Of a stretch of 64,000 nucleotides of DNA, positions 28,503-41,436 are shown in pieces. Made by a program: the position numbers and the translations under genes. The stretch is from Trichoplax adhaerens (taxonomy: Eukaryota; Animalia; Placozoa). Position 1 is the first letter of the stretch. The number at the start of each line of letters is the position of its first letter. The notes under the pieces are model-generated. The model did no database searches, was not told the origin of the DNA, and worked only from the letters and a program-made list of their open reading frames with translations. The stretch lies in assembly GCF_000150275.1 (NCBI RefSeq), contig NW_002060953.1, positions 1,810,310 through 1,874,309 on the forward strand, read 5' to 3'.

Positions 28503-29561
28503 TTAATTATTTGGATTAAAACTATGAACCTCGGTAATAGTCCAACCGCTTCGCAATGGCGATATTGGTTGAATATGACGATGACGCCTACAAATAGTTA
28601 AAATGGATAAAAATCCCATTCGAAATGGACGTGCCCATTTTTTCAGCAAGGCTTTAGATATTGCTTTAATATCGCTATCCATGGCAAAAAATGATATAGG
28701 ATTGACGATTGAGATAGCCACGGTGGTTGCTAAAGAAATCATGGTTAAAATAGAATAAATGGGATTAATTCTCCCTAGTTGCCTTAGCGAGTTTCGAGTA
28801 ATGGCAATAGTTAGTGTTGAAGCAAAACATGGCCAAGTAATGAGTACGTCTAGCGCAGTTATTACAATTAACATTTTGATTAACTTCCTCTTTTTTCTGT
28901 CCATAAATATGATGCGGTAAGGTCTAATCGGTCGCTTTAATTTATGAATAATGCGCCAGTATATTAAAACTAGGAGTACTGACGGTATAAAATAAAAGAA
29001 GATGGAATGCATAATTAAGTAGATGGATAAATTGGGAGTAATAGGCCCGAAATCACAAAATGTCGGCTGATCTTTGTAGCTAATAACAGTATTAAAGAAT
29101 GGAAATGAAATTAGTATTGCCAAAGCTACAATAACCAGTTCACTAATAAGTGCTGCATTACGACGAAGACAAGGTGAGCATGATTCAAGTGATTTGGAAA
29201 TGGTCAAATAATGACCAATTGCAATTATGCATAAAGTCATAGTGGAAACGCCATAAGAAATTGACATAGTTGAAATAATGACTTTGCATATTAATTGGCC
29301 GAGTATCGCATTACTAATATTACTGATGTTATAAGCATAATTCACTGTTAGCATTAAATCAGTTGTAAGGTCAGAAAAAACAGAAATACAAATTAAATGA
29401 TAGGTAAATCGAGAACGAAAGCAGCGATGGCTAATTATGACAATAAATAAGAACATATTTAGACATAAGCCCAAAGTAGAGATTGAGACGGCTACTTTAG
29501 ACGTTGAAATAAAAGTAAAGTTGCTGTATTTATCATTACTGTAGGAAGAATTATTGGCCAT
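28503..29561 (-). CDS. Intronless class A 7TM receptor, atypical clade (DRY->GHY, NPISF); ATG at 29561
   Basis: 352 aa from the first ATG; closest to 23823-24869 (KRKLIK, LDVxITWPCFAST, RQLG.IN, NPISF). Confidence 0.9.
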   Translation of the reverse strand: MANNSSYSNDKYSNFTFISTSKVAVSISTLGLCLNMFLFIVIISHRCFRSRFTYHLICISVFSDLTTDLMLTVNYAYNISNISNAILGQLICKVIISTMSISYGVSTMTLCIIAIGHYLTISKSLESCSPCLRRNAALISELVIVALAILISFPFFNTVISYKDQPTFCDFGPITPNLSIYLIMHSIFFYFIPSVLLVLIYWRIIHKLKRPIRPYRIIFMDRKKRKLIKMLIVITALDVLITWPCFASTLTIAITRNSLRQLGRINPIYSILTMISLATTVAISIVNPISFFAMDSDIKAISKALLKKWARPFRMGFLSILTICRRHRHIQPISPLRSGWTITEVHSFNPNN

Positions 29562-32500
29562 AATCACATTTAAAAATATTATTCAAATGAAAATTGATAT
29601 TAAATGTTGATTTTGATTTAAATGTATCCGTACTCTGCCTTCGATTTCCTGCCAATTATCACACATTCTAAATCACTTGGCTAATAAAATGAACAAAAAT
29701 CTTGCGCTGCAGCCTAGTTAATAGATGCTATACTGTAGGTTCGATCATAAGAAAATTGAATTTCAGATTATAAAATATGATTGGTGCATTTGTATACTAT
29801 GTCATTTAATTGAAAGATGAAGATAAAGTTTTATATTGAATAGAAACATCTATAGAGATCACTGAAAGTTTTTTTATGACAATTTACTACCTATGATAAG
29901 AATAATTACTCCTCTAATATCGCCACCTCTAAATTACAATTAACACCAAAAATAGATATTATAACAGACAACTTATTTTTAAATATTATTTGTTGAAGTA
30001 TTAACTGCAGTGCAAGATTAAAATGTACTTAATTTATTATTAGCAACTATTGATTATTTTACCAAGTTACATAAAAGGATGCTGCTTTTTATATTATATT
30101 AATATAATGAATTGCTATTCCTTTGAACTTCTATTACTCTGACATATGTCTTTATCTGTTATTGAAATAAAATTCTATGTAATCAAGAATGTCACTTTAT
30201 ATCTCAAATACTTGATCTTGGTTCTTAGCTATAACTATTTTTAAATGAGGAAAGCGCTTTAATTCTTTGCACTATAATTAATGCTTATACGACCGCAAGT
30301 ATGGTACCTCTTAAACTATAAAATTTAGAGATTTTCACATCAGTTCAATTCGTTTCGGGTGAGGAAAGCTTTTCAATTATTAAACTATTATCCATGTGCA
30401 AATGTACATAAATTTCTATTTAAATACTGTTGAAGGGTAAATTGTTCAACATCAATCAATTTTATTGCTATTGTAACAAATAGAAATTAGAAATTATAAA
30501 GCTTTCATTTCAAGTTATTTTTAACAAATATATTTATAATGATAATTTTAGCAAATTTTGTCTTAAAGAGCAATTAGCATCTGAAAAAGAGCGACGCTAC
30601 TAGACGAGTGTCAAATTTTATATTTATCGCAATGAAGAAAACACAAGATTTGATATTACATTATTGTAAGTGTAACGGTAGAAAATGAATAGTGGACCTT
30701 TCATCAATTTTATGAATACTTATTAGGAAGAGCAGCATATTTACATTTTGATAAATACCCATAATATGATTGATAGAAGCAACGTTAAATAAAATAAAAT
30801 TAATAGATGGACTCATTTAAAGTATAAAAGATGACAAACTTTACTTATGCATATTGTATTTCTCGATAAATTAGGTAATGATTTTGTTTATTATTCGGAA
30901 ACTACATTAAAGCTATTTAAGCTTCCGATTTTTTGATATTTTAATTGCCAAGCTGTAAAATTAGTAATAGACTGAAATGTCAACTGGTATCTCTTCATAC
31001 TCAATTTGATAATTGAGTAATTAAAATATGCATTTAAATGAATCAATGAATCTTTTCATTGCATTCCTTAATGAGCTTCCGATCAGTAAGATAAAAATGG
31101 TTATTTATTGCTTATTGCGGCCGGTAGTAACCGAATTTTCGTTTTCTATTTGTACACTCAAAAGATGACATCTGGCTTTATCTAGTTAAAATATTAAAAC
31201 TATTTTAAGCCAGAATAGTATAAGATAATTTAGTTATGTTGACTTTATCAGATTCCTTTTGGCAATAATTTTAAACAATACTCTAGATTTATTTACAGAA
31301 ATTAAAGAAATTAAAATAATAGTAACTAATTTGAAATATCATTTACAGTAGTAGAGAATAGATACATAAAGTAGTCATAGCGTACATCTAAAATGAATGA
31401 CTTCAATTCTCATAGACAAAATTTAGATAAAATGCTTGATAGTTATATCAACACTATACCCGAAAAATCCTCCACAAATTAATCTGAAGAATAGATTATT
31501 AAACAGAAGTCCTTCCTATAAATTATCGTTAAGTAGGTTAGGATATAGTCTAGATTTATCTGTACTTAAAGTTAAAACGAAGCTAAATAAATATTTCATC
31601 TACATAAAATGCCTCTGAATAAAAGACATATGACTAAAGGACAACAGACATTCTTGATAAGATATATAATCATACACGCTAAATCTGGGTTGATTGCTCT
31701 AGAAGCGGTTTGAAATAAATTAAGTCTTAATAACTGCATCGAGAATATCAGTTAAGCAATATCAGCTTAGGAATAATAAGCAGAAAAGAAAAATTCTCAT
31801 TTAGGCGCAGAGACATCATATTAGAGTAATGCCTTTTTAACATGTTTCTAAATTTGTAAGGCTACTTTGCCCTACTCAGAAGCACTATTTCACTACAATA
31901 CGCCGGGATCATAGAATTTGATATGAGTTTTTAAAGACTTCGGGCGAAATCAAGTTAAGAAATTTTGAAACAGCGCGGTTATAAGCAATTGCAAGTAAGC
32001 TGTAATGGATAAATCATTCTTTTACTAATTGATAAAAATTAATGTTTCAAATGAAGCTTTAGTATCTGAAATGGTGGATGAACATTTACAGTACTAAAAT
32101 AAACCTTTCTTATGCTCATCCATAAGGTATATAAGAAAGTCATAATTTTTTTAGATATATCTACCGGAAAAAATCCGAATAGGGTCCGTCCACTTAAAAT
32201 TGCTACAAATACAAGTATGCGTAGAAGTAATGTTTATAGAAAATCTAATCTGTAACTAAACCGTAAACATAACTGATTCATACACATTTAACTTTTAATA
32301 CTCGGTTTTAATCTAATAAGATGCCACGATACCAAAATATACATATATGTAGGTAGGAATATTCTTGATACATTGTACTAGTAATTCATCTTCAAACTTT
32401 GCATCGTTCTAAGTTATCATACGTTAGTTATCTCCTAATTAGAATTGCTAGAATGCTAGACGAGTCTAGCAGAATTTGCTGTAAGGCAATAAGATATAGA

Positions 32501-35068
32501 ATTAGATCAGACAGCAATTAGTACAGAAATTTTAATTCAGCAAAGATGCAAGGTTACTAAATAACCTTAACAAAACGTTTAGCGTATTTAGCGTTTTTCT
32601 ATTGAATATAAGGATTTATTTACTCTTAGTTCTTGGCTACCGTCTGGTACTGGATGTGATTGTAGTAAATAAAATATTTTGGTTAAACAACTATATTATT
32701 TACTTTTCACTAAAAGCCATAAAACAATGACTACAGATTACAACATATACTCTACCTTTAATGTGTGTTATTGATTCAGGATTAAAGATATACTTTTGAT
32801 AATTTTTTCTTATAAGGATATAAGCGTTCATTAAACGTACTGAATTGAATAGTCCATGATTAAGTGTATTAAATTACTAACTTATTTGCTCATTACATAC
32901 CGTACGATTAGATTTCGTAACATTACGTTATTATTACACTTATTTAATTGGTTGATCATTAATTGAAATTTTAAAAAATCGAAACACTTTATCTCGTTTA
33001 ACCTAATAGAATGTTGCTTTATTAGCTAGGATTTCATTAAGTTATTTTAGTATCATAATTTCGAGGCACTCTTCATTTAATGAATTTCTTCCAACGCAAT
33101 TTCGGATCTTACTAGTATAATAACTTGCTTTGCATTTTATCAGTTAGATACGATAATGGCCAAAAATTATAACTTGTGATCTTGATTTGATGTTTGTCTT
33201 ATTAGAAAAAACTATAGATTAGGAAGTAGAGCTTGCTATACGGAAGCACGTGTAGTCTGCAAACTTATGGAGCTAAAATTATTAAAACTATAAAGTGTAA
33301 TGTAAAACAAAGATGTACAAAATCCTATCATTGACTAAAATTGATACTTGGTAATTATAACACTCCTATAATGAGATAGTAGACCTTTAAACAACTTTTC
33401 CAATGCTTAATTATCAATTACTTAGCCGATGATGGTTCAAAGATTATAAAGTTTACGCATGTTTTGTACAGCTTTGCTCAAGCAATTTTAGAATATAGGC
33501 TTGTAATACCAGTTACACTTAATTTATAAATTTTTTTGGCTTCTTACCTTATCTATTTTATTCGTTCTTTACATTTAAGAAATAAATTTCAATTTGTAAA
33601 AAAATTGCATTTAATACTGCAAATTATAGCAATCAGCTTGACGTCAAGTTGGGTTATTATAGACATCTACTTATCGTACTGTACAACTCTAAATCCTGGT
33701 AGTCTGCGATCTCATCGCCGGTAGATTGTAATAGCTAATCAAACGTAATACAAGTATAATTAATACCAGTAAATTTTTACTTAAGTAAACTTTGTTACGG
33801 CTGTTATTCTACAACTACTCCCTAGCTCTACCATTTTAATATCGGAAGCCTCTGGGTTCTTCGATTATTTATTATTCAAAGCTCTCTTCATAGGATAGTA
33901 ATTATCATTATCCTTATTTTTGATTCAGTTTTTAAGCCTCAGTAGACAGTTTACCGTAGTTCTAAAATTAAATAGAAAATTTTGGATTGTATTTTCTCTT
34001 TAACATGAATTAACTATTTATTAAACCTACTCGGTAGGAATGATCAAAACAATTTATTACTACATTTAAACTTCAGCCTATTACCTGCTCTTACCTGCTC
34101 GAAAGTGGTTAAGGTAAACCAGATTATCGACTTAGTCTCTACGGTAACAATTCCATATTATCTAACAGTTATATTAAGGCATTACACAAAAGCATCAACT
34201 TATATAGCTATCTACTGCAGCCTTATACTAGCATAATACGAATAGCAAATGTACACAGTTTCACTATTAACAACCATGAAATTACCTTATAAGCATAGCA
34301 GACTATTCTACTTCTTAATGCTACCTTACTTCAATAACTACTGTAATTAGCTGAAACTCCTACACCTGAGTAAGCAGGTAAAAGTTGCTTTATAATAAAA
34401 TATATCTTCAAATAAGGGTATGGTTTATACAAGTAATTTAACCTTAAAATTAATACTACTGATTACCAATAGCGGAAAAGTCTAAAAATAAGAATATTAA
34501 TCATGTTTTAGGATAAATTTTATTCAAAAATTTTAGATTGTGGTACTTTAATCTTATTTCTTATAGAAAGCAATCTTCAATCCTATCACTAGGTAAATAA
34601 TTAAATGCATTTTGTACGTAAGAGAGCTATTAAAAATATTACATACTATTAATTGAAAAAAAACATTCTAGTTATAGTTTAGGTCATTATAGAGTAAAAA
34701 TGTGATAATATGTTATTATAGCACTCGCGATAATATTACGTTTGTTAAGCTTATACTGGTATACTAAAATAAAATAACAAATTTCAGCCCAATTTCCTGT
34801 CACAATGTGTACAGCAAAACTCTTCCTTAGGTTGTTTTTATGTAGGTCACGAAAATCTATTAAAATCACTAACATGACTAACGATTGATTATATATTATT
34901 TATGATTTGAGATTAATCTTGTAAGTTGTTCTATATTAATATAAAAGCTCTTAGAAACGTAAAATGAAATAGAAAAATGATACAATACTAAAAATGCATT
35001 CATAACGCGGATATCTTAAGATTTGTCGCTAATAACTGTAATAACAAAAAATGAACATGTATTAAAAA

Positions 35069-36043
35069 TTATTTACCCCGTGTAGAAACCATTATTGGAT
35101 GGGAATGTCTGGTACAAGGAAGAAATATTTTTAGAAACAGAAATGATGCTCTTCTAATATGAACATCAAATTTAAGATAAAGAATGGGATTAATAATGCT
35201 AATCGCAACAGTGATTGAAAAAGAGAAATAAGCCAATAAAAAATAAACTTGATTCACTTTCCGCAGATATTGGATAGGGACTCGAGTTATTGCTATACCT
35301 ACTAATGTAGCAAAAAATGGCCATGACATCAAAATATAGCATGATGTCACCGTTATTAACATCTTAACAAATTTTCGACGAACAATATGATCAATCTCTT
35401 GCTCATTATTAAAATTGGCAGGCCTGATATATTTCTTGGTAAAGTTGATAATTTTTCGATACAAAAAGACCATAATTGTTGTCGGTAGAATGTATAATAT
35501 TGTAGTAACTAGATACAGAAAAGTTGAAACCTTAGATGTAATGATAGGAAAATCGCATAATTTAGTCCCATTCTCATAAACACCAACTACATCAAAGATA
35601 GGTAATGCAGTTGACAGAGCTAAAATCCAGACGATGATTTGCCCTATAAGTATAAAATGTTGTTGTATAGAATGGTAAAGTCGAGTAGTAGGTTTAGTGA
35701 TAACTAAGTAGCGATCGATAGCAATTAAGCATAATGTCATGATCGATATACCGTATGAGCTAGTAGCAGAGTAAAATATAATTTGGCATAATAACGTTGC
35801 TAATTGGTAGTCGATACTATCTTTTAATGTAAAGAAGTAATTAATAGTTAAGGTTAAGTTAGATATAATGTCTGATATGAGAGAGATTCGAATTAAGTGA
35901 TAGGTTCGCTTATTAAAATATTTATCGATAGAAATGACAATAGTAAGGAAGATATTTAAAATCAATCCTAACATAGTCAAAGGTATCACTAGGATGGCCG
36001 CATTAAAACATCCACTAAGGCTCTTGTTGGTACAATTATTCAT
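35069..36043 (-). CDS. Intronless class A 7TM receptor, DRY clade (AIDRY, NPILY); ATG at 36043
   Basis: 324 aa from the first ATG; canonical DRY, TM4 Trp and NPxxY. Confidence 0.92.
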   Translation of the reverse strand: MNNCTNKSLSGCFNAAILVIPLTMLGLILNIFLTIVISIDKYFNKRTYHLIRISLISDIISNLTLTINYFFTLKDSIDYQLATLLCQIIFYSATSSYGISIMTLCLIAIDRYLVITKPTTRLYHSIQQHFILIGQIIVWILALSTALPIFDVVGVYENGTKLCDFPIITSKVSTFLYLVTTILYILPTTIMVFLYRKIINFTKKYIRPANFNNEQEIDHIVRRKFVKMLITVTSCYILMSWPFFATLVGIAITRVPIQYLRKVNQVYFLLAYFSFSITVAISIINPILYLKFDVHIRRASFLFLKIFLPCTRHSHPIMVSTRGK

Positions 36044-39000
36044 AATAGCCAATAATAGTTACAATGCTTTTATCGTCTCGCAAAAACTTATAGATCCAGG
36101 CATCTATTAACACACCATGCCGTACACAATATCTGGCACCAGTGATTCAGTATCGACTGCAGTCTGATGGCTCAATTTTTACTTACGAACATCTCCACTT
36201 TGAAATCCCGTTAAAATATTTTGATATCTAATAAAAATTTTCTATTATATCAAATATTTTAATTGTGATTCCTGTGCAACATGTCAGATTTGGAGATTTA
36301 TTATATGATTATTCAAAATTTGCAAAGGAAGATGATTTTCTAATTATAGTGCTTTTTTCTCTTAAATTAAAGGATAATAAAGAAAGTAAAAATATGATAG
36401 ACGCGAAATTTTCGATAAACTATGTATCAGTGTATTAAGATGTTCAATAACATAAACGTATAATATATAACAGTTTGACTAGTGGTTGTTATTAAGATAT
36501 CTATGGCTCCAAAATATTCTTTTCATCTAATCACGATATATCAATTTTTTCTACGGTATAGTAATTAATATTTATTTAGTTTCATTAACGACAGAAACGC
36601 ATACAATAGGTAAAATTTTGTTTTACTTTCATTAAACGAAAACACACGCAATATTCAATTAAGTATTTGACATCTTTCAATTATGAACGAATCACATTGC
36701 TACTAAATAACTTATCTTATAAGGCAAAAAAATCATTTGCGATATTTTTCGCAATTACGTAACATTTCAAAGATATTTTATTTTCAACTAACTGATATAC
36801 AGCACTGTCAGTAAGTCTAAATTACGATAATTGTAATGAATTCAATAAAAGGCTCATACTCAAATACTATCCATATTTTTACTAAAGTGGAAACCAGAAT
36901 GCAATACGCTCCTTTGCAATATTTATTCAGATTGAATAATTATAGGAGCAAAGCGTAGTTAAATTACCGGATTTATATTGTTTTTACGACATCGTTGACT
37001 TTTGTTCCAAGAATAAGGGTACGGAAATAAGTTACTAACTTGTGTAGCTTGCTGCATTCAATTAGAGTAGCCGGTTTCCTCTAGTCATTATTTAAAATAA
37101 GAGATATCTGCAAAGGCTGCCAAATAACTTGTGGCCAGTGTAGTGCCGATAAGCAGAATAAATTTGAATTAATTTGCTAAGCCTATCGTAAATGCAAGTA
37201 TCCTATCCAAAAAGAAATTCATGGATGAAGCTGTTCATCGATAATATCTGACAAAGTCAATTCATGTCAAGCTTGTAAGTATGAATGTTGCTAGATATGA
37301 ATTGCATCGGCTGTCAGTACTTTTAACGTAGTACTATTCATTTTTAAAACGCAACTATCAATGTGATCTTAAAACATAAAGTAGGTCATCTAGAATACAT
37401 AACCTTATGACGCTGTTGATAATATTTTTAATCACCTAACTATCCTATTATAAATTTAAATCAAGGATTTTTCGTTTACTCACATGTTATTTGGTCGAAT
37501 AGGAGCGTACGCCAATGTTAGCATCAAAATGCCAAGACTAGGCTTTTGGTTTGGTTGAAACAATATGTTAGATATTCATCCATATCATTTAAGGGAATTC
37601 AGTAGTTGTATAAGATCGTTGCCTGACGATTGAAATTGTAAAAATATTCCGCTGTCACTTATCTGGATATCAGAATGAGTCCAGAAATAACGTGTATACA
37701 ATCTATACATGATAGAAACTGGCAACCAGAGATTACTGTAGTGTTTGTCTATCAAAATAGTTGATGTGACGCATAAAAGAGGTAAAGTGGAATTATGATT
37801 TCATTATGATTCTCAGTCTAGACAAGAATTTAGTAATTGATGATTACTTACCAGTCACTTGCATATGATATAAATATTTTATATGTGGCTTGTATAAATA
37901 GTATACTTTCCCTTCAATACCATTTCTGAATTTTCTTTAGATATTCCATTATCAGATTAACTTTCTACTCTCCAGCTGGACTGCTTAAGTTCAATCTAGA
38001 GATAAACTGATAGTACAAGAAATTTAGACAGCATTATTCGGCGGAATGAATCCAGCATTCATTAATCTTTTACTCAGTAGGAACAAACAAATAATTTATT
38101 ACATCATAAAATATTCAGTACATGATACCAGACCATTTAGTTGACTTGAATTGGAAGATTTTTGTTAATTTATAATCACTGTATTCCTCTAAATGTGATA
38201 ACTATTCATTAAATAACTTTAAAATAACGATTTAGTAATTCATCAGAGAGGGTCTGCAAATTAGAAAAGTAATCAAGTTTAGGACAAGGTTAATTCAACA
38301 AAAGTCAGACTACAATACTTTTGTTACATTTTGAAAGATTCACAATCTGTCTTAATCGCAAGGAATAAATGAAGATAAAATTAGAGGAATAAGATTCTTT
38401 ATTATAGCTAGCGTTAAAAGTAAAACATGTAAGTTTACAGTTCATTTAAACGACATGAACTAGTTGAGTAGTTATAGCAACGTAGATAGGCGATACATAA
38501 AAGCTTACTTTGTCATTCGCAGAAATAAGTAACGAAATAAGTAACGAAATGGATGCTTGAGAATTGTTGTTATAATATAGGAAGCACATCAGGGGAGAAT
38601 AAAATATATAAAAAAATGAGGCAAGATTATAGCTTACTTCTATCTTAGGTATTCGTACGGTAGAATTAAACTGGGTAGAAATAAAATTTTATCGAATAAA
38701 TTGTTAAATATAGTACAGATCTTACGTATGGAAAATTGTGCTGTAACATATTAGAAATTAACTATTGCTAAGGATAGACTATATCACAAATAAAATCGGA
38801 TTCTTCAGCTTTAGCTACGTCATCTTTAGAAATAATCAATAAACTTTGTTAATTAGAAATGATTCAATCATTTTTACAGATGAAGACCACTGTAGTAATT
38901 AAGCAACACAAATTAGAAATAACTTCCAGTTATGTTTTATGACACAATATGATTGCTTATAATAAAGATCACTTAGCGATTCAATACCTGCGACAGTGGT

Positions 39001-40461
39001 TTATATCCTAAACTCACTTTTTTATATTGAAATAAGAGAAAACTTTTAGCTTCTAATCAAAAGTTACGTGTTATGTTTATTGTAACCCTCTTTAGTAGAT
39101 TTTTTTTTAAATACGGTCCACGAAGATTTATCAAAGTTCAAAACACTACCAAGAACCCTTTGTAAATTGAGATTCACATCTCTATTCGCTCTAAGTCATT
39201 ATATAAGTTATTTATACGGGTAATGATAGATGTTAAAATTATTAAAACTAATAGCTTTGAGTTCTAGCCCTAATTAAATTTAGGGAAAAATGGTTTATTA
39301 TAGGTTTTAATAACAACCCTACAAAACTACTTGAAAGAATTATAAATAGCTAGAATTACATCTCTGAATAAACGAACTGTCAATGAAATGATTTTACATT
39401 TCTAGAAAACACTAATCTTCGTCTTTCTACTTTACTAACTTGAACCACTACTAAACTCATTAAAGCAGTCAATGATATCAGGCTACTAATTTATCACTGT
39501 AGTTTTCTAAATTAAACTAGCCATTAATCACATATGATAAGATAATGCTATCCTAGATTCTCGAAAGTAATAAATTAATAATAACCATAGCACAGCTATA
39601 AATTATATTTTTCTACGAAGTACAAAACGCAACTATAAAAATCCACTAATACTGGTAAACTATCATAAATTAAAACATAGATCAAAATATTTGGGTTTAT
39701 ACTGTATTCTATGGCAAAGTGCAGTGCACGGGTTGTTAGCCCTAGGTTCGTAATCCGCAAACTCAAAATTCTGAGTTGTTAAAATCGAGCAAATCCCTAA
39801 TGTGGCACAGAATAGTCCACACAGTATAATTGACTTGTAACAGTTAAGTTTATTAACGTCTAAGTATCGTCCGTTGGAGAAGAATTCCAATTTCTTCCTT
39901 CATAATAACAGTCGAAAATGACTAAATAAACCGGATGATCGACTTAGCCTCCACGATAGCTATTCCATACAATTTATACAAATTATCATCAATTCCTCCT
40001 CTACATAGGAGTCATCAATCACATTAGTACCTTGCTTAATAACATTACTTAATATGGCTATCAGCTACGGCCTTATATAGCACATAATTTATTAAGACAT
40101 ACAGTTCTACACTACATACTATCACTGTATTGCCTATACAAAACTTCTGTAATTAGCTGAAATCACTACACAAAGTAATATAACTTTTACCACATTTTAT
40201 GATCATAATTATCTACCCTTTTTATTGTCATTAATTAAGTTTTTTTTAAAGCTGTAAGGGTTATTAGAATGCAAAACTTGCTAGGAGAATTCTTAAAATT
40301 GATCTCTATTTCATTAGCAGATAATATATTAGAACATAATGCGCTATTTGGGATATCTTTATAAGACAGTAATTTCAAGGCTTGTTACCAGTAATTGTGA
40401 TAAAAGAAAATAAGCAAGTATTGAATAATTCCGCAGAGATAGTTTCATTTTCGAAAACCAA

Positions 40462-41436
40462 TTATTTAGCCCGCAGAATAACTATTCTGGAACGAGAATG
40501 CCGATTACGGGAAACTAATGGTTTTAGAAGTAATAAGGATGCTCTTCTAATGTGCTTGTCAAATTTAAGATACAGGATAGTATTGGCAATAGTAATAGCA
40601 ATCGTGACTGAAAACGAGGCAGAAGCCAATGCATAATGAGTTTGATTCACCTTCCGCAGATATTGGATTGGGGTTCTAGTTATAGCAATACCTACTAATG
40701 TAGCAAAAAATGGCCATGACAAGAAAACATTGAATGATGTAATCGTAATTAACATCTTAACAAATTTTCGACGAGCAATATGATCGATCTCTTGCTCATG
40801 GTTAAAATTGACAGGTCTAATATATTTCTTGGTATAGAGGATAACCTTTCCGTACATAAATACTATAACTATTGTTGGTAAGATGTATAGCATTATGGTA
40901 ATTGAGCATAAGTAGATTGAGGTCTTTGATGTTATGATTGGAAAATCGCATGCGTCAGTCTGATTCTGGTAAATACCAACTATATCAAAAATAGGTATCG
41001 GAGTCAATAGCGAGATAGTCCAGATGATAATTTGTCCTATAAGTATAAAATGTTGTTGGATGGTATTGTTAAGTCGGGTATTAGGTTTAGTGATGACTAA
41101 GTAGCGATCGATAGCAATTAAGCATAACGTTAACATGGATATACCGTATAAGCTTGTAGTAAAGTAGAATGTAATTTGGCATAACAGCCTTGCAAATTGG
41201 TAATTGATATTGAAGTCTGTAGTAATACCGAAATTAACAGTATAGATTAAGTTAGATATAATGTCTGATATAAAAGAGATTCGGATTAAGTGATAGGTTC
41301 GCTTATGAAAATATTTATCGGCAGAAATGACGATTGTAAGGAAGAGATTTAAAACCAATCCTAATATAGTCGTAGGTATAATTACGATGTCAACATTAAT
41401 ACCTTCAATAAGGCTAGAATTGAAAGAGTTATTCAT
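40462..41436 (-). CDS. Intronless class A 7TM receptor, DRY clade (AIDRY, NTILY)
   Basis: 324 aa ORF; close paralogue of 35069-36043 (QQHFILIGQII, CDFPIITSK, EQEIDHI.RRKFVKMLIT). Confidence 0.92.
   Translation of the reverse strand: MNNSFNSSLIEGINVDIVIIPTTILGLVLNLFLTIVISADKYFHKRTYHLIRISFISDIISNLIYTVNFGITTDFNINYQFARLLCQITFYFTTSLYGISMLTLCLIAIDRYLVITKPNTRLNNTIQQHFILIGQIIIWTISLLTPIPIFDIVGIYQNQTDACDFPIITSKTSIYLCSITIMLYILPTIVIVFMYGKVILYTKKYIRPVNFNHEQEIDHIARRKFVKMLITITSFNVFLSWPFFATLVGIAITRTPIQYLRKVNQTHYALASASFSVTIAITIANTILYLKFDKHIRRASLLLLKPLVSRNRHSRSRIVILRAK

Noticed and set aside
39663-39890. 75-aa Cys-containing ORF between GPCRs
   Set aside because: Non-ATG start, no recognisable domain and no supporting splice structure.
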